Made by a program: the position numbers and the translations under genes
Notes under the pieces: generated by a model
The model's input: only the letters and a program-made list of their open reading frames with translations
Told to the model about the DNA's origin: nothing
The model's database searches: none
NCBI GenBank assembly: GCA_964594405.1
Contig: CAZQMY010000001.1
Location: forward strand, 1 to 63,800
Source: an uncultured Spirochaetaceae bacterium
GTDB lineage: Bacteria > Myxococcota_A > UBA9160 > UBA4427
Direction: 5' to 3'
DNA length: 63,800 nt
In this document: piece after piece, positions 54,063 to 61,746 of the stretch
How the letters are laid out: each line of letters opens with the position of its first letter
Position numbering within the stretch: the first letter of the stretch is position 1

Positions 54063-55253
54063 TCAGGCGACGCGCTTGGGGAGGGTGCCGGCCTTGCGGT
54101 GGGGCTTGCCCTTCTCGTCGAGCTGGTAGACCTCCTCGAAGGCCGTGTCGTTGCCCCAGATGCGAGAGTCCTCGTTGATGGACGTCTCGAAGCAGACGAA
54201 GCATCCGTCGCAGAAGGTCTTCTTGAGCTCGGGCTCGGTCTCGCAGCGCTCGGGATCGTTGACGAGCCGGCGGACCTGCTGGTAGTCCTCGGAGTTCCAG
54301 ATCTCCTCGAGGCTCGACTCGAAGATGTTGCCCAGTGTGCGGGCCTCGGCGTCGAGCCGGCTGTCCTGGCCCACGTGCTGCGCGGCGGCGCGATGCTCGC
54401 AGCACGGGATCACATCGCCGTTGTACTTGATCACGGTGGAGAAGTGAGGCCAGTAGCAGGTGGGCAGCGTGCCGTTCTTCTTCGGGCCGTAGGTCTCGTA
54501 GCGATCGGGCATGATGTCGCCGAGGTTGTGCAGCGCGCCCCAGAAGGTCGAGAACTGATCGATCCCCCAGCCCTCCAGGAGCTCACGGGCCTTCTCCACC
54601 TCGTGGACGTTGTGCTGGAACTTGATGTACTGCACCTCGAGGATCGGGTGCTTGCGGCCGAGCTCCCTGCGGACCTCCATGACGCGTCGGACGTTGTCCA
54701 GCACCCAGTCGATCCTGCCGCCCACGCGCGTCTTCTCGTACTCCTCCTGGGTGAGGCCGTCGACGCAGGCGGTGAGGTGGGTGAGGCCGCTGGTGACGAG
54801 GTCGCGGATCTGCTGGTCGCTGAGCTTGAAGCTGAAGTTGGTGCTGATGTGGCACTCGAGATTGGCATCGGCGGCGATCCGGGCCATCTCGTTCAGCTGA
54901 GGATGGGTCATCGGGTCGCCCCACGTATAGAGCGAGACGGCCAGCGCCTTGCCGCGAACCTGATCGATGATCTCGCGATAGCGATCGATGTCCATGCGAT
55001 GGCTGGACTTGAAGACCTGGTCGTCCATACGCTCGTCGCCGGTGGGGGCCGCGTGGACGCACATGGTGCACGCGAGATTGCACGTCGGCGTGATGTCGAT
55101 CTTGACGACGGCGGGCAGCGCCTTCGTGGTCTCCCGCTTCAGGACGAAGTCCTTGGTCGCGGTCGCGAGGTTGGCGAGCTGGCCGGGACTGACCTGGCCG
55201 AAGAGCCAGGCACGTCTGCGCCAGGTGGTCTGGAGCACCTGTCTGAGATTCAT
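54063..55253 (-). CDS. Radical SAM enzyme with C-terminal SPASM/twitch-type Cys-rich domain
   Basis: 'ITPTCNLACTMCVH' (CX3CX2C) and 'YTWGDPMTHP' (GGE-like). The C-terminus has 'CYWPHFSTVIKYNGDVIPCC' (CX12GX4C) and 'CDGCFVC'. Confidence 0.9.
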   Translation of the reverse strand: MNLRQVLQTTWRRRAWLFGQVSPGQLANLATATKDFVLKRETTKALPAVVKIDITPTCNLACTMCVHAAPTGDERMDDQVFKSSHRMDIDRYREIIDQVRGKALAVSLYTWGDPMTHPQLNEMARIAADANLECHISTNFSFKLSDQQIRDLVTSGLTHLTACVDGLTQEEYEKTRVGGRIDWVLDNVRRVMEVRRELGRKHPILEVQYIKFQHNVHEVEKARELLEGWGIDQFSTFWGALHNLGDIMPDRYETYGPKKNGTLPTCYWPHFSTVIKYNGDVIPCCEHRAAAQHVGQDSRLDAEARTLGNIFESSLEEIWNSEDYQQVRRLVNDPERCETEPELKKTFCDGCFVCFETSINEDSRIWGNDTAFEEVYQLDEKGKPHRKAGTLPKRVA

Positions 55254-55412
55254 CCTCGATCCACCTTCCTGCCAGCTGCCTGCGCATCCGAGGGCTGCGG
55301 GCCGCTGGGTCGCTCATCGGCCAGCCGGCCCTTCGAATGGGGTAGGTTGCCATGGCACAGGGGGCGGTGACAAGAATTCTCGGTGGCCCCTCCGGGATCG
55401 GGGGCGGCGGTC

Positions 55413-56441
55413 TCAGGGGGCCGCCGCGGCAGCGCCGGGCTGTGAAGGCGAGCCCCGCAGCATGGCGGCCATGGCGCGCCGCTCTTCATCCGCGGGAGTC
55501 CGGCGTGTGAAGAATCGGGCATGTTTCGCCGGGTCGGCGGACGGATCCAGCGCGATGCCCCAGAGCGGCTCGATCCGATTGGGCACGAGGCTGTAGCGCA
55601 CGTCGATCACGCGCTGCGCATCGCGGGGGTGCAGCGCGATCATGCCGGCAGAGAACCAGCGAAAGCGCTCGAGGTCGCGGGCCTGCTGCGAGGCCGACTC
55701 GAGCCAGGGCAGGTCGCGATCCCGGTCGAGGAGCGCGACCTCTTCGCCCGGATAGGGCAGAGCGGTGGTGCCGAGGCGGATCGCGTCCACGAAGATCCGC
55801 CCCTCGCTCACGTACCACGATTTCCAGAGCAGCAGGTTCCCGAACGAGGGCTTGGCCTCGATCCGCTCGGGCGAGTGGCCCCGCGCCTGGGCGAGGTCCA
55901 GGGCGGCGCGCTCTGCGCGCAGGCGCTGGGCGCCGCCGACCACGAGGTAGGCCAGGGCGAAGCACAGACCCCAGCGGACGAAGGCGCGGCGATGCCGGAG
56001 CAGCGCGGCGCCGATGGCGAGCCCGAGCGCGAGTGTGAAGAGCGGGTCCACCACGGCGATGAGATTCCAGGCCACGCGCAGATCGCTGAAGGGCCACAAG
56101 AGCTGGGCGCCGTAGGAGGTGCAGGCGTCGAGCGGGGCGTGCGAGGCGTAGCCGAGCAGGCAGTACAGGTAGCTCTGGCTCGTCTCGATCCTCCCTCGCG
56201 TGAGGGGCAGGAAGGCCAGGGCGCAGAGCAGCGCACCCACCGGCATGAAGAGGAGCGAGTGGGTGAACTGCCTGTGGTACTCGAGGAAGAGCAGGGGATC
56301 GGTGTCCGAGCGGATCAGCACATCGAGATCCGGGGCCATGCCGGCCAGCGCGCCGAGCGGCAGCGCCCAGCGCAGACGCTCGGGCGCCGCGACGGCCGCC
56401 GCAGCCGCCGCGCCCAGGGCACCCTGGCTCACCGGATCCAT
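55413..56441 (-). CDS. YdjM/DUF457-family membrane-bound metal-dependent hydrolase
   Basis: 'GMAPDLDVLIR...YHRQFTHSLLF' plus multiple TM segments. Confidence 0.78.
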   Translation of the reverse strand: MDPVSQGALGAAAAAAVAAPERLRWALPLGALAGMAPDLDVLIRSDTDPLLFLEYHRQFTHSLLFMPVGALLCALAFLPLTRGRIETSQSYLYCLLGYASHAPLDACTSYGAQLLWPFSDLRVAWNLIAVVDPLFTLALGLAIGAALLRHRRAFVRWGLCFALAYLVVGGAQRLRAERAALDLAQARGHSPERIEAKPSFGNLLLWKSWYVSEGRIFVDAIRLGTTALPYPGEEVALLDRDRDLPWLESASQQARDLERFRWFSAGMIALHPRDAQRVIDVRYSLVPNRIEPLWGIALDPSADPAKHARFFTRRTPADEERRAMAAMLRGSPSQPGAAAAAP

Positions 56442-56516
56442 CGCTCGCCCCCCGCCTTCCTGCCCGAAGATCGCGCGACGGTCCCCATCGCTTCGCCCTC
56501 CACCACGAGTGGCGGG

Positions 56517-56978
56517 CTAGCGAGGGACCAGGCGGTAGAGCCAGACCTCTTCGAGCTCGGTGGGGTCGCGTCTGAACAGCGACTGACTCGTCCAGGCCTC
56601 CCCGAAGCGCGCGATCTCGCCGGGGTCTGTGACGCGCTCGGCCCGCAGCGCGAAGAGCTGACCGTCGATACCGAGGCGCACGTGCGGATCGACGCTCATG
56701 TTCTTCGCCCACTGGGTCTCGGTATCGCCCGCGTTGATGTACAGCACCTCGTCGACGATCGTGTAGGCGAGGTTCACCGAGTAGGGCTCGTCCGGTCGGG
56801 TCTCGAGCTGGGCCATCCCGTACTCCCCGGCGAAGCCCCAGTTCAGCGGCGGCGGCACCGCCTCGCCCTCCAGCTCGCCGCCGGGCATGAGGAAGCAGGG
56901 GCCACTGCAGCCGGAGACGAGCACGAGCAGGGCGAGCGCCGCGAGCTGCGCCGCCCGATGGGCTGTGTGGTGAAGCAC
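56517..56978 (-). CDS. Small lipoprotein (153 aa), unknown family
   Basis: GTG at 56978 with GGAGGA 6 nt upstream; an alternative ATG is at 57020. Lipobox 'LVLVSGCSG'. Confidence 0.55.
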   Translation of the reverse strand: MLHHTAHRAAQLAALALLVLVSGCSGPCFLMPGGELEGEAVPPPLNWGFAGEYGMAQLETRPDEPYSVNLAYTIVDEVLYINAGDTETQWAKNMSVDPHVRLGIDGQLFALRAERVTDPGEIARFGEAWTSQSLFRRDPTELEEVWLYRLVPR

Positions 56979-57087
56979 GATGGATCCTCCCCGCGGCGAG
57001 CATATGGGCGCAGCCGGCATCCCGCCAATACGCCGGGGGCTCCAGGCCTCCCTACTCAGCGAGCGAGGCAGGTGCGACAGTCTGCAG

Positions 57088-58779
57088 ATGGATCTCACGC
57101 GGGATCGGCGATGGATAGAAGGGGCGCGCTGGGGCGCCGTCGCCGCGACGATCGTCCTCGTCGCCTGGTGGGTGCCCCACGGCGAGCTCGCCGCGGCGGC
57201 TGTGCTCCTCATGCACGCCTGCTTCCGACTTGGCCTGTGGGTCGGCGATCCGGGTGCTTCGGGTGCGCGGCTGTGGAGCCCGCGCTCGGCGAGCATCGTC
57301 TTCGTCACGCTGCTCTGGCATGCGTGCCTGCTCACCCACTTCGGAGGCGGACTCTTCGAGGTGGAGCTGCACGGCTGGGCCTTCGATTCGCTCGCCGAAT
57401 CGCTCTGGCGGGGGGAGAGCGGCGTCGATCCGCGAGCCATCCGCTGGGAGGGGATGCGCGTCGGCGAGCGGACGGTGATGTACTTCGGCCTCTGGCCCGC
57501 GCTGCTGAGGATGGCCTCGAGCCCCATCGCGCCGGAGCTCCTCGGCCTCTGGCCGCGGCTGTCCTGCTTCCTTGCGTCGGCCTTCGCGGTCCATGGTTTC
57601 GGTCTGCTCGCCATGCGCCGACTCGCCGCCAACGCCGCGCTGGACGACGTGTGGCGCGGTCGCCTGCTCGACGCGTGCTGGCTGGGCTTCGGCCTGGGCA
57701 CGCCCCTGGCCTTCGTGGTCTTCGCGGCGACGCTCTACAACGAGGCGGTGATCTGGGCCTTCTCCCTCGCCGTCCATGCGCTGCATCACGGCCTGCGTTG
57801 TCTCGACGAGCAGGACACGGGCGCCTTCACGCTCACGGCCTTTGGATTCTTCGCCGGCGCAGCGCTGTTGGCGCGCCTCACCTTCGGCGTGCCCCTCGTG
57901 GGCTCCTTCGCCGTCGTCTCGTTGCGGGCGCTGCTGCGCGCCGTGCGCGGCGGCGCGGATCCGAGCGGTGTTCGGGGCCGGCGGCTGCTGCGCCTGGCGG
58001 CCTGCAGCCTCCCGCTCGTCTTCGCACTCGGCCTGCAGCTCTGGTACAACGCGGATCGCTTCGGCTCGGTCTTCGAGACCGCGGACTATCATCTGCTTCG
58101 ATATTTCGAGAACGATCGCGAGTCCTTCTCCGCCTACCTCGAGCATGGCGCCGTCTCTCCGGCACGATGGCCTACGGCGGCCCGCAACCTCTTCGGGGTT
58201 CGCAGCGAATACTTCCGGGCGGGCTTCCCCTTCGTCCAGGTGGCCAGACCCGCCTATCCCGGCACCGGCCTCTATCCACAGATGTTCAACTCGCACGTGA
58301 TCTCGCTGCTCCTGGTCTCGCCCTGGCTCCTCCTGGGTTCAGCGGCGGGGGCGCATCTGGCGTGGCAGCGCGGCCTCGATCCCTGGCGCTCGCTCGTGGC
58401 GCTCGGCCTGCTCGCACAGCTCCTGCTGGTGATGGGCTTCATGATCATGGAGCAGCGCTACCTGCTCGATGCGCTGATGTTCCCACTCTTCGCGTTCGCC
58501 TATCTGCTCAGCGACCTCGGGCTTCGCCCGCCCTGGAATCCCCGGCGCTGCAGAGGGGCGGTGTGGGGCATGGCCATTCTCGCCCTCTGGAGCGCCGTGG
58601 CGACCAGCCTCTCGACGCTGTCCGAGATCCCGGTCAGCGGCAAGCAGGTGGGGCGCGAGTACAAGCGCGAGTGGGCGGCGCGCTTCGAGCGCGTGGACGC
58701 GGCCCTGGGCCTCTCCGCTCCGGCTTCGCCCGCCGAAGCGCCCGGCCGTGGCGCATCGCGGCTGGATCGTCTTCTCTGA
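57088..58779 (+). CDS. Large polytopic membrane protein (563 aa), GT-C-like (tentative)
   Basis: ATG at 57088 and at least 11 hydrophobic segments. An extracytoplasmic loop 'FEVELHGWAFDSLAESLWRGE' follows TM2/3. No firm family call. Confidence 0.68.
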   Translation: MDLTRDRRWIEGARWGAVAATIVLVAWWVPHGELAAAAVLLMHACFRLGLWVGDPGASGARLWSPRSASIVFVTLLWHACLLTHFGGGLFEVELHGWAFDSLAESLWRGESGVDPRAIRWEGMRVGERTVMYFGLWPALLRMASSPIAPELLGLWPRLSCFLASAFAVHGFGLLAMRRLAANAALDDVWRGRLLDACWLGFGLGTPLAFVVFAATLYNEAVIWAFSLAVHALHHGLRCLDEQDTGAFTLTAFGFFAGAALLARLTFGVPLVGSFAVVSLRALLRAVRGGADPSGVRGRRLLRLAACSLPLVFALGLQLWYNADRFGSVFETADYHLLRYFENDRESFSAYLEHGAVSPARWPTAARNLFGVRSEYFRAGFPFVQVARPAYPGTGLYPQMFNSHVISLLLVSPWLLLGSAAGAHLAWQRGLDPWRSLVALGLLAQLLLVMGFMIMEQRYLLDALMFPLFAFAYLLSDLGLRPPWNPRRCRGAVWGMAILALWSAVATSLSTLSEIPVSGKQVGREYKREWAARFERVDAALGLSAPASPAEAPGRGASRLDRLL

Positions 58780-58905
58780 GCCAGTAAGGCAGACCGGGGC
58801 ATGTCATCCAGAAGTCGTCTTCCATGCCCGCCCGCCCTCAGGTGGTGTTTTCGTGGTTTGTGTGCGGGTCCGTGGCGGACACGACCGCGAGAGGGAGATC
58901 GGGCC

Positions 58906-60399
58906 ATGGCCACGACCGAGCGCGGCCGCGCGAACGAGGGCAGCCCGCTTCGCTTCGTCATCATCGGCGCCGGCATGGCAGGCATCCTCAGCGCGATCCG
59001 GCTCTCGAAGGCCGGGCTGGACGATTGGGTGATCTACGAGAAGGCGGATCGCGTCGGCGGGACCTGGCGCGAGAATCGCTACCCCGGCCTCTCGTGCGAC
59101 GTGCCTTCACACATGTACAGCTACTCCTTCGCCTTCAACCCCGACTGGAGCCATCGCTTCGCGCCCGGGCCGGAGATCCAGGCCTACTTCGAGGACGTGG
59201 CCGAGCGCTACGGCGTCACCGAGCGCACGATCTTCGGTGCGGAGGTGTCCCGCTGCGCATTCGAGGGAGGTCGCTGGAAGCTCGAGACGAAGGCCGGCGG
59301 GCGCGACGAGGGTGACGTCGTGATCGCGGCGACCGGCGTACTCCACCATCCCCTCGTCCCGGATCTCGTGGGCCTCGACACCTTCGCAGGGGATTGCTTC
59401 CACAGCGCGCGCTGGAAGGACCAGGTCGTGCTGGATGGCCGGCGCGTCGGCATCATCGGCACTGGATCGACGGCAGTGCAGATGGTCGGGGCGCTGGCCG
59501 ATCGCGTGGCATCACTCTCCCTCTTCCAGCGCACGGCGCAATGGATCATGCCGGTCCAGAACCCCGCCTACAGCGAAGAGGAGAAGGCCGGATTCCGGAG
59601 TCACCCCGAGCGCATCGCCTCGCTGCGTGAGCAGGTGAGCAGGAGCTTCACCGACGGCTTCGCGAACATCCTCGGGGATCAGGATTCGCCCCTGCTCGCA
59701 GCCACTCACGAGGCCTGCGTGGCGAACCTCGAACAGAGCGTGGTGGACCCCGCGCTGCGTGAGCGGCTCCGCCCGAGCTACCGCGCGGCCTGCAAGCGGC
59801 TCGTCATGTCGGACGACTTCTACGAAGCGATCCAGAAGCCCAACGCCCACCTCGTCACCAGCCGAATCGAGCGCATCGAGCCCGAAGGCGTGCGGACGGA
59901 GGATGGCGTGCTGCACGCCCTCGACGTCCTCGTCCTGGCGACGGGCTTCAGGGTGGACCGCTTCGTGCGGCCCATGGAGGTGATCGGGCGCGACGGCCTT
60001 CGGCTCGACGACGTGTGGCGCGACGGCCCCTTCGCCTACATGTCGATGGCCGTGCCGGGCTTCCCGAACTTCTTCCTCCTCAATGGACCGAACAGCCCGG
60101 TGGGAAACTTCTCGCTGATCGACGTGGCGGAGCTTCAATTCGACTATGTCGAGCAGCTGATCGGGCAGATCCGCTCGGGGGCCTGCAGCCATCTCGAAGT
60201 CGGCCCCGAGGCGATGGCGCGCTTCGATGCCGAGCGACTCGAGGCGGCGCAGAAGACCATCTGGGCGACGGGCTGTCAGAGCTGGTACCTCGACAAGGAC
60301 GGCATGCCCACGGCCTGGCCCTTCACCTTCGATCGCTTCCGCGAGGAGATGACACACCCCCGCCTCGATGACTACGAACGCCTCGTGCTGGCGAGCTGA
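58906..60399 (+). CDS. Baeyer-Villiger-type flavin monooxygenase
   Basis: FAD 'VIIGAGMAGI', 'GGTWRENRYPG', BVMO fingerprint 'FAGDCFHSARW' (FxGxxxHxxxW), and NADP 'IIGTGSTAVQ'. Confidence 0.93.
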   Translation: MATTERGRANEGSPLRFVIIGAGMAGILSAIRLSKAGLDDWVIYEKADRVGGTWRENRYPGLSCDVPSHMYSYSFAFNPDWSHRFAPGPEIQAYFEDVAERYGVTERTIFGAEVSRCAFEGGRWKLETKAGGRDEGDVVIAATGVLHHPLVPDLVGLDTFAGDCFHSARWKDQVVLDGRRVGIIGTGSTAVQMVGALADRVASLSLFQRTAQWIMPVQNPAYSEEEKAGFRSHPERIASLREQVSRSFTDGFANILGDQDSPLLAATHEACVANLEQSVVDPALRERLRPSYRAACKRLVMSDDFYEAIQKPNAHLVTSRIERIEPEGVRTEDGVLHALDVLVLATGFRVDRFVRPMEVIGRDGLRLDDVWRDGPFAYMSMAVPGFPNFFLLNGPNSPVGNFSLIDVAELQFDYVEQLIGQIRSGACSHLEVGPEAMARFDAERLEAAQKTIWATGCQSWYLDKDGMPTAWPFTFDRFREEMTHPRLDDYERLVLAS

Positions 60400-60518
60400 G
60401 CAGCGCCCCCCATGGCCGAGGCCTCGACGGTCGATCTCGACGCTCCTCCAGGACGCGTCCGAGAGCGCAGACTTTGACGGTCCAGAAACCCAGCCCGAAC
60501 GACGACCCGAGCCATGCC

Positions 60519-60569
60519 GGGGAGAGAAGACGGGAAGAAGAGCAGAGAAGAGCAGAAAGGAAGGACGAA
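60519..60569 (+). repeat. ~51-nt polypurine tract with tandem 10-mer (GAAGAGCAGA x2) in the ADH leader
   Basis: I counted only 4 pyrimidines (c60531, c60543, c60553, c60566) in 51 nt. The tandem 10-mers are at 60537-60556. Confidence 0.85.
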
Positions 60570-60570
60570 T

Positions 60571-61659
60571 ATGAAGGCCGCCGTGATGCGCTCCTACAAC
60601 GCGCCGCTCGAGATCGAGGACGTCGAGATCGATGTCCCGGGCCCGGGCGAAGTCCTGCTGAAGACCGCCGCCTCGGGCATCTGCCACAGCGACCTGACGG
60701 TGCTGGAGGGCGGTCTTCCGGTTCCGCCACCCTCGGTGCTCGGACACGAGCCCGCCGGCGTCGTCGAAGCGGTGGGCGAAGGCGTCACCGACTTCGTGCC
60801 CGGAGACCACGTGATCGGCTGCATCACGCAGTGGTGTGGCGTATGCAGGTTCTGCACGGGCGGCCGACCCTACCTCTGCCTCTCGCAGTACGAGGGCCGG
60901 CCCGCCGGCGCGGCGCCGCGCCTGAAGGCGGCGGGGGGCGATCCGATCTTCCAGTTCGCGAACCTCTCGTCCTTCGCCGAGAAGATGCTCTCGCCCCAGC
61001 GATCGTTGGTGAAGATCCGCGACGACATGCCCCTCGATCGCGCCTGCCTGATCGGATGCGGCGTGACCACCGGGCTGGGCGCTGCCCTCAATACCGTCGA
61101 CATCCCGGCGGGCGCGACGGTGGTGATCATCGGCTGCGGTGGCGTCGGGCTCGCGGCGCTCCAGGGCGCGCGGATCCGCGGCGCCGGCAAGATCATCGCC
61201 GTCGACGCCCAGGCGTGGAAGTTCGATCTGGCACGCGATCTCGGCGCCAACGAGTGCGTGGATGCGACCGCTGGCGACCCGGTCGCGGCCGTGCAGGCGC
61301 TGACCGGTGGCGGTGCCGACTTCGTCTTCGAGTGCATCGGACTGGTGCCGACCGTGCAGCAGGCGGTGACGATGACGGGGCGTGGGGGCACCACCGTGCT
61401 GGTGGGCGTGGTGCCGGTGACGAAGACCGTCGAGATCTCACCGGCCGATCTGACGCTTCAGGAGAAGAAGATCACAGGCTCGTACATGGGCTCCAACCGC
61501 TTTCGCTTCGACATGCCCAAGTACATCGACTTCTATCTCGATGGTCGATTGCGCCTGGACGAGATGATCTCTTCGCGCCTGCCGCTGGACGACGTCAACA
61601 ACGCCTTCGAGATGATGCGCAAGGGCGAGGCCGCCCGGCAGGTCATCGTCTTCGACTGA
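60571..61659 (+). CDS. Zinc-dependent alcohol dehydrogenase (MDR family)
   Basis: 'GICHSDL', 'GHEPAGVVEAVGEGV', structural-Zn Cys cluster 'CGVCRFCTGGRPYLC', and 'IIGCGGVGL'. Confidence 0.93.
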   Translation: MKAAVMRSYNAPLEIEDVEIDVPGPGEVLLKTAASGICHSDLTVLEGGLPVPPPSVLGHEPAGVVEAVGEGVTDFVPGDHVIGCITQWCGVCRFCTGGRPYLCLSQYEGRPAGAAPRLKAAGGDPIFQFANLSSFAEKMLSPQRSLVKIRDDMPLDRACLIGCGVTTGLGAALNTVDIPAGATVVIIGCGGVGLAALQGARIRGAGKIIAVDAQAWKFDLARDLGANECVDATAGDPVAAVQALTGGGADFVFECIGLVPTVQQAVTMTGRGGTTVLVGVVPVTKTVEISPADLTLQEKKITGSYMGSNRFRFDMPKYIDFYLDGRLRLDEMISSRLPLDDVNNAFEMMRKGEAARQVIVFD

Positions 61660-61746
61660 GGGCGAGGGGGCGTGTCCGGCACGGCGCGCCCGCTCATCGC
61701 ACCGCGGGCCGGCGACGCGGGAGCGTCGAAGCGAGAGGAGAGCGCC

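Noticed and set aside
54048-55412. A RiPP precursor peptide next to the radical SAM/SPASM gene.
   Set aside because: The downstream spacer is only 15 nt. The upstream 159-nt spacer contains no in-context small ORF with an RBS; its only ATG opens the artefactual 54583-55353 frame. A RiPP call is therefore not supported.
55521-58787. The 1088-aa plus-strand ORF, the longest in the locus.
   Set aside because: It runs antisense through the YdjM and lipoprotein genes and is out of frame with the hydrophobic membrane protein (56980/57088-58779). The sequence is an Arg/Pro/Ala-rich artefact.
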